64,000 nt of DNA from an uncultured Bacilli bacterium (GTDB lineage: Bacteria; Bacillota_I; Bacilli_A; RF39; UBA660): positions 65,082-129,081 of the forward strand of contig CAKONF010000001.1 of assembly GCA_934097015.1 (NCBI GenBank), given 5' to 3'. Positions 7,929 to 17,322 of the stretch are shown piece by piece (position 1 is the stretch's first letter; every line of letters starts with the position of its first letter). The notes under the pieces are model-generated. The model was not told the DNA's origin and ran no database searches. It worked only from the letters and a program-made list of their open reading frames with translations. A program made the position numbers and the translations under genes.

Positions 7929-9800
7929 ATGAAAAAAAGAGAATTTAAAAGTGAATCAAAAAGATTATTAGATTTAATGATTAATTCTATATATACTAAT
8001 AAAGATATATTTTTAAGAGAATTAATTAGTAATGCTAGTGATGCAATTGATAAATTATATTATAAAAGTTTAACTGATAAATCTATTAAAGTTAATAAAG
8101 ATGATTTAGAAATTAATATTAATTTTGATAAAGATTTAAAAACTATAACTGTTAGTGATAATGGTTGTGGTATGAGTGAAAGTGATTTAGAGAATAATTT
8201 AGGTACTATTGCTAAAAGTGGTTCTTTAGCTTTTAAAGAGATAAATGAAGTAAAGAATAAAGATATTGATATAATAGGACAATTTGGTGTAGGTTTTTAT
8301 AGTGCATTTATGGTTGCAGATGAAATAACTGTTATAAGTAGAGCATATGATAGTGAAGATGCTTATAGATGGAATTCTAAAGGATTAGAAGGTTATACAC
8401 TAGAAAAATGTGATAAGAGTAGTGTTGGTACTGATATAATTTTACATATTAAAGATAATACTGATGATGATAATTATGATGATTATTTAACTGAGTTCAA
8501 ATTAAAAGATTTGATTAAAAAATATAGTGATTATATTAGATATCCAATTAAGATGGAAGTAAGTCATAGTCATAAAAAAGATGATAGTGATGAGTATGAA
8601 ACTGTTAAAGAAATTGAAACTATTAATAGTATGATTCCTATTTGGAAAAAGAATAAAAAAGACGTTAGTAATGAAGAATATGAACATTATTATACAGATA
8701 CTTATTATGATTATGAGAAACCTTTAAAAGTTATTAGTACTAGTGTAGAAGGTGCTGTTAGTTATAAAGGGTTATTATTTGTGCCAAGCCATGCTCCTTA
8801 TGATTTTTATACTAAAGAATATGAAAAAGGATTAAGTTTATATTCTAATGGTGTATTAATTATGGATAAATGTAGTGAATTATTACCTGATTATTTTAGT
8901 TTTATAAAAGGTGTAATTGATACTGAAGATGTATCCTTAAATATAAGTCGTGAGATGCTTCAAAAAACTAAAGCAGTTAGTTTAATTGCTAAAAATATTG
9001 AAAATAAGATAATTAAAGAATTTAAAGATATGTTAGAAAATGACAGAGAAAATTATGTAAAGATGTTTAAGGTATTTGGAACTAATATTAAATTTGGTAT
9101 TTATAATAATTATGGAATGGATAAAGATAAATTACAAGATTTAATAATGTTTAATTCTAGTAAAACTAAAGATTTAATTACTTTAAAAGAATATGTTTCT
9201 AATATGAAAGAAGACCAAAAAGATATTTATTATGCTAGTGGTGAAAGTGTTGATAAGATAGATTTACTTCCTCAAATAGAACAAGTTAAAGATAAAGATT
9301 ATGAAATATTATATTTAACTGATTATGTTGATGAATTTACATTACAAGCATTAAGAGAATATGATGGTAAAAGTTTTAAAAATGTTAGTGATGCTGACTT
9401 AGATTTAGAAGATAAAAAAGAAGATATTGAAAAATTAAATACTGACAATAAAGATTTATTAACTTTAATGAAAGATACTATTGGTATTAGTGGTGTTAGA
9501 TTTACTGGTAAGTTAAAAAATCATCCTGTTTGTTTAACAAGTAAAGGTAATGTTTCTGTTGAAATGCAAAAGGTAATTAATTCTATGCCAGGAGATGAAA
9601 GTGTTAATGCAGAAATTGTGTTAGAAATTAATGAAAATCATCCTATTGCTGACAAATTAAAATCATTATATGAAACAGATAAAGAAGAATTAAAGAAATA
9701 TAGTAAAGTTTTATATAGTGAAGCAAGACTTATAGAAGGACTTGGAATAGATAATCCTACTGAGATAAGTAATTTAATATGTGATTTGATTTCAAAATAG
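7929..9800 (+). CDS. htpG: Molecular chaperone HtpG (Hsp90)
   Basis: 'ESKRLLDLMINSIYTNKDIFLRELISNASDAIDKL...GQFGVGFYSAFMVAD' is the Hsp90 N-terminal ATPase signature. Length 623 aa. Confidence 0.9.
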   Translation: MKKREFKSESKRLLDLMINSIYTNKDIFLRELISNASDAIDKLYYKSLTDKSIKVNKDDLEININFDKDLKTITVSDNGCGMSESDLENNLGTIAKSGSLAFKEINEVKNKDIDIIGQFGVGFYSAFMVADEITVISRAYDSEDAYRWNSKGLEGYTLEKCDKSSVGTDIILHIKDNTDDDNYDDYLTEFKLKDLIKKYSDYIRYPIKMEVSHSHKKDDSDEYETVKEIETINSMIPIWKKNKKDVSNEEYEHYYTDTYYDYEKPLKVISTSVEGAVSYKGLLFVPSHAPYDFYTKEYEKGLSLYSNGVLIMDKCSELLPDYFSFIKGVIDTEDVSLNISREMLQKTKAVSLIAKNIENKIIKEFKDMLENDRENYVKMFKVFGTNIKFGIYNNYGMDKDKLQDLIMFNSSKTKDLITLKEYVSNMKEDQKDIYYASGESVDKIDLLPQIEQVKDKDYEILYLTDYVDEFTLQALREYDGKSFKNVSDADLDLEDKKEDIEKLNTDNKDLLTLMKDTIGISGVRFTGKLKNHPVCLTSKGNVSVEMQKVINSMPGDESVNAEIVLEINENHPIADKLKSLYETDKEELKKYSKVLYSEARLIEGLGIDNPTEISNLICDLISK

Positions 9801-9823
9801 ACTTTATGGTCTATTTTTTTGAT
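9798..9823 (+). terminator. Intrinsic terminator of htpG
   Basis: Hairpin atagac-tttatg-gtctat followed by TTTTTTT. Confidence 0.6.
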
Positions 9824-9835
9824 GTTTGTTTTTTG

Positions 9836-9881
9836 TAGTGTGAAACTTTTTTTACAAAATACGAGAAAATAGTTTCACACT
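9836..9881 (+). promoter_or_regulatory. 11-bp perfect inverted repeat (TAGTGTGAAACT...AGTTTCACACT) in the ABC-F leader
   Basis: The arms are separated by 23 nt. The right arm overlaps a TTCACA -35-like hexamer, with TATAAT-like -10s downstream. It is a candidate operator or attenuator. Confidence 0.4.
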
Positions 9882-9920
9882 GTGGTAAAATATAATATAA
9901 TCGTTTTTAGAGGTGGAATT

Positions 9921-11504
9921 ATGTTAAAGGTTATAGATTTAGAATTAAGATTTACTACTAAAACTTTATTTAAAAATGTAAATTTAGAATTTTCAAAAGA
10001 TAATTGTTATGGAATAATTGGTGCTAATGGAGCAGGAAAAAGTACTTTTTTAAAAATATTAGATGGTAGGATAGAACCTACAAATGGAGAAATAATACTT
10101 GGTAAAGGTGAACGTATATCTACTTTAGTTCAAAACCATAATTTATATGATAATTATAAAGTAATTGATACTGTTATTATGGGTAATAAAGAATTATATT
10201 CAATTATTAAAGAAAAAGAAGAAATATATAGTAAAACTGATTTTACAGATGAAGATGGAATTAGAGTTGCAGAGTTAGAAGATAAATTTTTAAACATGAA
10301 TGGTTGGGATGCTGAAAGTGATGCTGAAAAATTATTAAATGGTTTAGGAGTTAGTAAAGATTTATTTTATCTTGAAATGAGTGAATTAAAAGATAGTGAT
10401 AAGGTTAAAGTGTTACTTGCGAGTGCTTTATTTGGTGATCCTGATGTTCTTCTTTTAGATGAACCTACAAATGGTTTAGATGTAAAAAGTAAGATGTGGT
10501 TAGAAGAATTTTTAATTAACTTTAAAAATACTGTGTTAGTTGTTAGCCATGATAGGGCTTTCTTAAATAAAGTTTGTACTCATATGGTTGATATAGATTA
10601 TGAAAAGATTACTATGTTTGTAGGTAATTATGATTTTTGGTATAAATCTAGTCAATTAATACAACAACAAATGAAAGATTCTAATAAGAAAAAAGAAGAT
10701 AAGATAAAAGAATTAGAAGATTTTATTCGAAGATTTAGTGCTAATGCTAGTAAGAGTAAACAGGCTACTAGTAGAAAGAAAGCGTTAGAAAAAATAAAAT
10801 TAGATGAAATAAAGCCTAGTAGTAGAAAATATCCTTATATTAATTTTGATATTGAAAGAGAATTAGGTAATGATGTTATTATTGTGGATAATGTTTGTTA
10901 TAAAGATATTTTACATAATGTTAAGTTTGTTATTAGAAAAGGTGATAAGATAGCACTTATTGGTAATAATGAGATTGCTAAAACTACTCTTCTTAATATA
11001 ATCAGTGGGGAATTAGAACCTGACTCTGGTAGTATTAAATTAGGTTCAACAGTTAAAATGTCTTATTTTGAAAAAAATCATGATAAATATTTTCAAAATA
11101 GTATGAATATGTTGGATTGGTTAAGACAATTTACTGATAGTACTGATGATACTTTTATTAGAGGATTCTTAGGTAGAATGCTATTTAGTGGAGAAGAAGT
11201 TTTTAAAGATGTAAAAGTACTATCTGGTGGAGAAAAAGTTAGATGTATGTTTGCAAAAGTTATGTTAAATCATGGAAATGTTTTGTTATTAGATGAACCT
11301 ACTAATCATTTAGATATTGAAAGTATAACAGCACTTAATGAAGGTTTAGAAAGATATAAAAGTTCGCTAGTTATAAGTACGTTTGATGAAGAAATAATTG
11401 ATACTGTTTGTAATAGACTTATAGAAATAAAAAAGGATGGTACAATAAGAGATAAAGAAATAAGTTATGAAGAATATATAGAAAGATTTGGGATAGAGAG
11501 TTAA
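9921..11504 (+). CDS. ABC-F family ATPase with two NBDs and no TMD (EttA/YfmR-like translation factor or ARE-type)
   Basis: Two Walker A motifs ('GANGAGKST' and 'GNNEIAKTT'), two LSGG signatures, and an inter-domain linker rich in K/E. The start is taken at the ATG with RBS 'agaggtgg'. Confidence 0.8.
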   Translation: MLKVIDLELRFTTKTLFKNVNLEFSKDNCYGIIGANGAGKSTFLKILDGRIEPTNGEIILGKGERISTLVQNHNLYDNYKVIDTVIMGNKELYSIIKEKEEIYSKTDFTDEDGIRVAELEDKFLNMNGWDAESDAEKLLNGLGVSKDLFYLEMSELKDSDKVKVLLASALFGDPDVLLLDEPTNGLDVKSKMWLEEFLINFKNTVLVVSHDRAFLNKVCTHMVDIDYEKITMFVGNYDFWYKSSQLIQQQMKDSNKKKEDKIKELEDFIRRFSANASKSKQATSRKKALEKIKLDEIKPSSRKYPYINFDIERELGNDVIIVDNVCYKDILHNVKFVIRKGDKIALIGNNEIAKTTLLNIISGELEPDSGSIKLGSTVKMSYFEKNHDKYFQNSMNMLDWLRQFTDSTDDTFIRGFLGRMLFSGEEVFKDVKVLSGGEKVRCMFAKVMLNHGNVLLLDEPTNHLDIESITALNEGLERYKSSLVISTFDEEIIDTVCNRLIEIKKDGTIRDKEISYEEYIERFGIES

Positions 11505-11566
11505 TTTAAAATAAATTGACTTTTCTTTTATATTAATATATAATCTCATTTGTTTGGAGGATATTT

Positions 11567-12409
11567 ATGAAAGATATAATAATTGATACTTTAGTTGATG
11601 CTTTGAAAATATTACCGTTTCTTTTTATAACTTTTTTGTTATTAGAACTTTTAGAACATAAATTAAGTAATAAAACTAAAAATGTTATAAGTAAATCTGG
11701 TAAAGTTGGACCTATAATTGGTAGTTTACTTGGAGTAATACCTCAATGTGGTTTTTCTGTTGTTGCAACTAATTTATATATAACACGTGTTATTTCTTTA
11801 GGAACTTTGTTTTCTATTTATCTATCTACTAGTGATGAAATGCTTCCTATTATGTTAAGTCAAAATGTTAGTTTTAAAACCATATTAGTAGTGCTTTTAA
11901 TAAAAGTTATTGCTGGTATGTTGTTTGGTTTTATTATAGATTTAGTTATTAGAAAAAATAATAAAAATAAATATGATTATCATATATGTGAGGAAGAACA
12001 TTGTCATTGTGATCATGGTATTGTTAAATCTAGTTTAAAACATACTTTTAATATAATAATATTTATTATTGGTGTTAGTTTTATATTAAATGTTGTATTT
12101 TTATATTGTGGTAATGATTTAATTAGTAAAATATTTATGAAAGATACTTTATTTGGTCCATTTTTAGGTTCATTAGTTGGTTTAATACCTAATTGTGGGG
12201 CAAGTGTTATTTTAACTGAAATGTTTTTAAAAGGTGCAATTAATTTAGGGACATGTATGGCTGGTTTGTTAACTGGTAGTGGGGTTGCTTTGTTGGTTTT
12301 ATTCAAATTTAATAAAAATATTAAAGAAAGTTTATGTATTTGTTTAACTTTATATTTAATTGGAGTACTCGTTGGTATATTTATTGAATTTATAGGTATA
12401 CTAATATAG
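11567..12409 (+). CDS. Membrane protein with duplicated half-domains and a Cys/His-rich central loop (putative metal permease, ArsP_2-like)
   Basis: Internal repeat 'GVIPQCGFSVVATNLY' and 'GLIPNCGASVILTEMF', with a central 'HICEEEHCHCDHG' loop. Confidence 0.35.
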   Translation: MKDIIIDTLVDALKILPFLFITFLLLELLEHKLSNKTKNVISKSGKVGPIIGSLLGVIPQCGFSVVATNLYITRVISLGTLFSIYLSTSDEMLPIMLSQNVSFKTILVVLLIKVIAGMLFGFIIDLVIRKNNKNKYDYHICEEEHCHCDHGIVKSSLKHTFNIIIFIIGVSFILNVVFLYCGNDLISKIFMKDTLFGPFLGSLVGLIPNCGASVILTEMFLKGAINLGTCMAGLLTGSGVALLVLFKFNKNIKESLCICLTLYLIGVLVGIFIEFIGILI

Positions 12410-12438
12410 GGTACTTTTTTAAATTTTTTTTAAAAAAC

Positions 12439-12465
12439 TTAGCACTTAGTATTGACAAGTGCTAA
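12439..12465 (+). promoter_or_regulatory. CIRCE (HrcA operator) overlapping the hsp20 promoter
   Basis: TTAGCACTT-agtattgac-AAGTGCTAA, nearly identical to the htpG CIRCE. It embeds TTGACA and is followed by GGTATAAT. Confidence 0.7.
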
Positions 12466-12505
12466 AATAGTGGTATAATTATAATTGTGAAAGGAAGAGA
12501 GATAT

Positions 12506-12898
12506 ATGAGTTTAATACCTAGAAAGTATTATTTAGATGATTTTTTTGATGATTTTGTTAGTTCAAAGGATGGGTCAGTTATGAAGTGTGACATTTATGA
12601 AAAGGATGGTAAATGTAATATTGAAGTTGATGTACCTGGATTTGATAAGAAAGACATTAATGTAGAATGTAAAAATGGTTATTTAACTATAACTGCTAAA
12701 AAAGAAGAAACTGAAGAAGATAGTGATAAAAACTATATTAGAAAAGAAAGAAGTTATGGTGAATATTCTAGATCATTCTATGTTGGAGATGTTGATGCTA
12801 ATTTAATTAATGCTAAATTTAATAATGGTACATTATGTATAACTGTTCCTAAAGAAGAAAAACAAGATAATAAAACTGTCATTGAAATCAATGATTAA
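12506..12898 (+). CDS. Hsp20/alpha-crystallin family small heat-shock protein
   Basis: 130 aa with an alpha-crystallin domain pattern ('DIYEKDGKCNIEVDVPGFDKKDINVE...GTLCITVPK'). Confidence 0.8.
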   Translation: MSLIPRKYYLDDFFDDFVSSKDGSVMKCDIYEKDGKCNIEVDVPGFDKKDINVECKNGYLTITAKKEETEEDSDKNYIRKERSYGEYSRSFYVGDVDANLINAKFNNGTLCITVPKEEKQDNKTVIEIND

Positions 12899-12961
12899 GG
12901 ACACTTTTGTCCTTTTTGTTTTGTAAAATTTTATTTTTTATATTATACTAATGGTGAAAGG

Positions 12962-13906
12962 GTGATCTATTTGAAACAATGTGTTATGATATACAATCCT
13001 AACAGTGGTCATACAATGAATGAAGAAAACTTAAAAAGTGCAAAAAAAATATTTCCAGAGTATGGATATAATTTAAAGATTATTCCAACACAATATGCAG
13101 GACATGCTAAAGAAATAGTAAGTCATTTGGAATATGTTGATTTAGTTGTTAGTGTTGGTGGAGATGGAACATTTAATGAAGTAGTTACTGGAAACTATTT
13201 AAGAACTAATAGGCTTTTAATTGCAAACATTCCAGTTGGAACGTGTAATGATGTTGGTACAATGTTTGGATATGGAAAGAATTTCGAAGCAAATTTAAAA
13301 TTACTTCTTGAGGGCGAAGTAAAGAAAATTGATATATGTATTGTAAATGAAAGACCGTTTGTTTATGTTGCTGGGCTAGGTAAATTTATTAATATTGCTT
13401 ATGATACTCCTAGATATTTAAAAAAGAAATATGGTTATTTTGCTTATTTAATAGAAGGTATTAAAGATTATTTTAGACCTATAAAATCTTATTATATAGA
13501 TTTTGAAGTTAATGGACTTAAAAAAAGTGGGTATTATTCTTTTATATTAGTTAGTAATGCTAATAGAATTGCGGGTATAAATAATTTTTATAAAGATGTT
13601 AAATTAGATGATAATCAGTTTGAAGTATTGTTATGTAATTTTCCTAGTAGAAGAAGTATTATAAAAGCATTAAGATTGTTAATAGATCATGATCCTAATA
13701 ACATTAGTGGTATAGAATTTTATAAAACTAATGAGATAGATTTTAAATTTTTACAATATCCTAAAAAGGCATGGTGTATTGATGGTGATAAATTAGATAG
13801 GGCAGTACTAGAATATAATTTTAGTACAGTTAATGATTTTGATGTAATGATGCCTAAAAAGAATGTAAAAAAACTCTTTACTAGAGATATTAATTTAGAT
13901 GATTAA
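12962..13906 (+). CDS. DAGK_cat-family lipid kinase (YegS/DagK-like)
   Basis: 'MIYNPNSGH...DLVVSVGGDGTFNEV' has the GGDGT catalytic motif. The exact start is uncertain (GTG at 12962, TTG at 12971 or ATG at 12986). Confidence 0.75.
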   Translation: MIYLKQCVMIYNPNSGHTMNEENLKSAKKIFPEYGYNLKIIPTQYAGHAKEIVSHLEYVDLVVSVGGDGTFNEVVTGNYLRTNRLLIANIPVGTCNDVGTMFGYGKNFEANLKLLLEGEVKKIDICIVNERPFVYVAGLGKFINIAYDTPRYLKKKYGYFAYLIEGIKDYFRPIKSYYIDFEVNGLKKSGYYSFILVSNANRIAGINNFYKDVKLDDNQFEVLLCNFPSRRSIIKALRLLIDHDPNNISGIEFYKTNEIDFKFLQYPKKAWCIDGDKLDRAVLEYNFSTVNDFDVMMPKKNVKKLFTRDINLDD

Positions 13907-13951
13907 TAAAAGATTATTGTATTTAAATAAAAAAAGTTTAGTTTTAATTTA

Positions 13952-16513
13952 CTAAGCCTTTTTTTGTTGTTTTTTATTGATTACTAAATAAGTTATAGTA
14001 ATTATTAATGTTGTTATACTTATAGATATACCTATATCTAAATTATTAGGAATATATTTTAATTCTATGTTGTTTTCTCCTTTTTTTAAATCAAATCCTA
14101 ATAGACTATCATTAATTTTATAAGTTTTTATTTCTTTATTATTTGAATATACTTTCCATCCTTTATCGTATGGTATAGATGTATATATTGAAGTATCATT
14201 TTGAAGTGTAATATTTCCTTTTATATTATTTTCTTTGAAATTAGTAATGTTTATTCTATTTGAATTTAGTATGTTATAGGCTTCTATAAATTTATTATTT
14301 TCTATAGTATAAATATCTATTTCTTCATTTAAGTATGTTTTATAAGATACATATATTTCTACATTGTTATCATTAGATGTTGTATTTATTATATATTCTT
14401 CATCATATGAATTACATTCTTTAAATGTTCTATTTAGTTTTATTTGTATATCATTTATATTGATATTATTTTTATAATATATTTTATCATTTATTATAAT
14501 ATAATTAATTTGTGTATTGTTTGAATATAGATATATATTATCAAATTCATTTATATAATTATATTTAACTATTGTTTCTTTTTTATTTTGTGTAATTATT
14601 TCTCTGTTGTCAAGTGTTAATCTATGAAATACATTTTCTATATTTGTTCCATAATTTATAAAATTATTTTGATATTCTATTGGATTTATAAAATTATTAG
14701 TCCATTTTTTTATTGATTTATTTACTCCAAACATTAATCCTGTTGTGTAATTAAATTTATATGTTAAAGTATTATTTTTGTTTAATTCTAAATTATATCT
14801 TTTATTATCATTGTTTTTTCCAATCGTATATTTTATATCAAACATTAAATCGTATACTGGTGTATTTTGTTTATAATAATAACTATTGATTCTATTACCT
14901 GGTTGTCCTAAATCATTATTTAATTCTGCTAGACTATTATATGCCATTGATGTAAATGTACTTTGTCCGTAATAGTTATACCATGCTCCATCATTAAGAG
15001 TTAGTATTGTGTTTTTTTCAGTTCTATAAAACAATTCATTATCTTTTTCTTTGATTTCACTTATACTTTCATGTACGTTATTGTATGTTGAATAAAATTC
15101 ATCAATGTATTGTAAAATATCCCAATTATGATTTACTGATATTACACATTCGATAGAGCATACAATTATAAATAAAAGTGTACTTAAATTTTTAAATCTT
15201 GGATAGAAATGATATAGGGTATAGATTAAGAAATAAGTTGATATTAATAAATAATTTATTGTTATCATATTTGATGTTATATTGTTATATTTTGTTAAGT
15301 ATACAAATGTTATGAATAATAGACAAATAACATATGTTATTAAAATTTTTGTAAAAGATATTTCTTTTATGTTTTTTAATGAATAAGCACATGTTAATAT
15401 AAGTATGAAACTATATATAAATGAATATCTATATGGCAAATCATTTGGTACATGGAATGCGTGCCATATATAATCTAAAGGAGCAACATAAAATGAAGTT
15501 AATAAGAATATAAGAATTAATGTGTATACTATTTTTCTTTTAATATTGATTTTTTTATTAAGTATGAATAATAAATATAAGCCTATAGATAGTATTCCGC
15601 ATGATACGTTTGGAGCATTTGATATGTCTGATGCAAATACTGTTTTTGTTATTCCAGTTAAATGATTTTTAAAAAAGTTAATTATAGTGAATGCATAATA
15701 TTGTTCTGTTGGAATAGTTCCCATAGTTGCATTTGTACTTTTTAAAGATTCATACATTGGTATTAGTTCAAATGCTAATAGTAAACCAGCAATTAAAGAA
15801 CATATTGCAAATTTTAAACATTTTTTTGATATTTTTTTAACGTTAAATTTTTTTGTTTTAATTATTAAATATGATAAGAAATATATACATGAATAAATAC
15901 ATATCATATATCCTATAAAATAATTTGTGAATAATATTAATATTAAAGATAGTGTATATAAAACTCCATTATCTTTATTAATTATATTTTCTATACCTAA
16001 CGTTATTAAAGGAAGAATGTACATTCCATCTAACCACATTATATTCCAATAGTATGCTGTAAAATATGCTGAGTATCCGTAAAGAAGTGATATTCCTATC
16101 ATATATAATTTGTTTGTATTAAATTTTTTATGTATATAATATGAGCATGTGATACAAGATAATATACTTTTTAAACCTATTATTATTGAATAAGACATTA
16201 TAATATTTCTTCTTTTGAATAAAAACATTATTATATTTAGTGGTGATGATAAGTAATTAAAAAAGTTTCTGAAATACGGTAGTCCTAATCCTGTATTAAA
16301 ACTATATATAATGTTTGTACCTTTTTTTATTCTGTCGTATAGTTCTGCTAGCATGGGTCCGTATTGATGAAAAAAATCTATTGTTAGAAGTGAATTTCTA
16401 CCAAATGGTGCAACATCTTGTAGTATATATATTGTAGATATTATTGATACTCCTAATATAAATACTACTATTAAATATCCATATTTTTTTAAAAAGTTTT
16501 TCATAAGTACCAC
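13952..16513 (-). CDS. YfhO-family polytopic membrane protein (putative glycosyltransferase)
   Basis: 853 aa with many TM segments. The N-terminal 'DVAPFGRNSLLTIDFFHQYGPML' matches the YfhO N-terminal signature. It has a large C-terminal extracytoplasmic domain. Confidence 0.6.
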   Translation of the reverse strand: MVLMKNFLKKYGYLIVVFILGVSIISTIYILQDVAPFGRNSLLTIDFFHQYGPMLAELYDRIKKGTNIIYSFNTGLGLPYFRNFFNYLSSPLNIIMFLFKRRNIIMSYSIIIGLKSILSCITCSYYIHKKFNTNKLYMIGISLLYGYSAYFTAYYWNIMWLDGMYILPLITLGIENIINKDNGVLYTLSLILILFTNYFIGYMICIYSCIYFLSYLIIKTKKFNVKKISKKCLKFAICSLIAGLLLAFELIPMYESLKSTNATMGTIPTEQYYAFTIINFFKNHLTGITKTVFASDISNAPNVSCGILSIGLYLLFILNKKINIKRKIVYTLILIFLLTSFYVAPLDYIWHAFHVPNDLPYRYSFIYSFILILTCAYSLKNIKEISFTKILITYVICLLFITFVYLTKYNNITSNMITINYLLISTYFLIYTLYHFYPRFKNLSTLLFIIVCSIECVISVNHNWDILQYIDEFYSTYNNVHESISEIKEKDNELFYRTEKNTILTLNDGAWYNYYGQSTFTSMAYNSLAELNNDLGQPGNRINSYYYKQNTPVYDLMFDIKYTIGKNNDNKRYNLELNKNNTLTYKFNYTTGLMFGVNKSIKKWTNNFINPIEYQNNFINYGTNIENVFHRLTLDNREIITQNKKETIVKYNYINEFDNIYLYSNNTQINYIIINDKIYYKNNININDIQIKLNRTFKECNSYDEEYIINTTSNDNNVEIYVSYKTYLNEEIDIYTIENNKFIEAYNILNSNRINITNFKENNIKGNITLQNDTSIYTSIPYDKGWKVYSNNKEIKTYKINDSLLGFDLKKGENNIELKYIPNNLDIGISISITTLIITITYLVINKKQQKKA

Positions 16514-16718
16514 CTAATTAAAATTATATAATATAGGTTATTTTTATTCAATTTTTTATTTGTCTTTTTTTGTTTTATTTTGATAAGTTTTTAGAAGTTT
16601 TGTCGAATGACTTTATTTTATTATTAGATTGTATTAGTATAACTAATCGAACGTCTGGGTTGATGTCTACCTTACGAACTGAATTATAAAAGAGTAAAAG
16701 TAGTAAGGTGGTGATATT

Positions 16719-16793
16719 ATGTTCAAAAATTTAGAAAAATTTATGAATAGAATCATTGTTATTTTAATATTACTCTTCTTGGATAAAGAATAA
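16719..16793 (+). CDS. 24-aa hydrophobic peptide MFKNLEKFMNRIIVILILLFLDKE (candidate type I toxin)
   Basis: ATG start with SD 'aaggtggtg'. It has a charged N-terminus, a 10-13-residue aliphatic core and an acidic tail. Confidence 0.6.
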   Translation: MFKNLEKFMNRIIVILILLFLDKE

Positions 16794-16802
16794 TTAAATT
16801 AA

Positions 16803-16885
16803 AATAAAAACATCCGCCACTCAGTTAGGACGGATGCCTGCAACCAAGGTAGACATCTAACCTACAGGGGGTAGACGTTCTACTT
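16803..16885 (-). ncRNA. Predicted antisense sRNA of module B
   Basis: Minus-strand -35 TTGACA (plus-strand tgtcaa, 16915-16920) and -10 TATTAT (plus-strand ataata, 16892-16897) with a 17-nt spacer. The terminator hairpin (plus-strand 16811-16836) is followed on the minus strand by a T-run. Confidence 0.5.
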
Positions 16886-17098
16886 GATTAAATAATAGCA
16901 TTTGATATAGTGATTGTCAAATGTTTTTTTTATGTAGATTTTACTAAAAATGTAGAAATATGATAAGTTTTTGGAAGTTTTGTCGAAAATCTTTAATTTA
17001 TTATTAGATTGTATTAGTATAACAAATCGAACGTCTGGGTTGATGTCTACCTTACTAACTGAATTATTAGAGAGTAAAAGTAGTAAGGTGGTGATAAT

Positions 17099-17173
17099 GT
17101 GTTCAAAAATTTAGAAAAATTTATGAATAGAATCATTGTTATTTTAATATTACTCTTCTTAGATAAAGAATAA
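17099..17173 (+). CDS. 24-aa peptide (V/M)FKNLEKFMNRIIVILILLFLDKE with a GTG start
   Basis: Identical to the copy B peptide except for the start codon. An upstream out-of-frame ATG gives MCSKI* only. Confidence 0.45.
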   Translation: MFKNLEKFMNRIIVILILLFLDKE

Positions 17174-17182
17174 TTAAATTAA

Positions 17183-17267
17183 AATAAAAACATCCGCCAC
17201 TCAGTTAGGACGGATGTCTTCCAACACAAAGGTAGACATCTAACCTACAGGGGTAGACGTTCTACTT
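17183..17267 (-). ncRNA. Predicted antisense sRNA of module C
   Basis: Minus-strand TTGACA (plus-strand 17298-17303) with a TATTAT-like -10. The hairpin 17191-17216 is followed on the minus strand by a T-run. Confidence 0.45.
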
Positions 17268-17322
17268 TATTAAATAATAACATTTATTATATATAGTTGT
17301 CAATTGATAATGGAGGGTTTTG

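Larger units (their letters stand above)
16582..16931 (+). repeat. Copy B of the type I TA-like module
   Basis: Contains the peptide ORF 16719-16793, the hairpin 16811-16836, a minus-strand TTGACA-17-TATTAT promoter, and the sense terminator catttga...tcaaatg followed by T8 (16898-16931). Confidence 0.85.
16962..17306 (+). repeat. Copy C of the type I TA-like module (tandem with B)
   Basis: It carries the same elements as copy B. The peptide ORF is 17099-17173, but the start codon is changed ATG to GTG ('gataatGTGttc'). Confidence 0.85.

Noticed and set aside
16582-17306. Alternative reading of the repeat as a riboswitch or leader-peptide attenuator
   Set aside because: A leader-peptide model does not explain the consensus promoter on the opposite strand, the opposite-strand intrinsic terminator, or the extra-genic copy 9.7 kb away. 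A type I TA-like reading explains all three.
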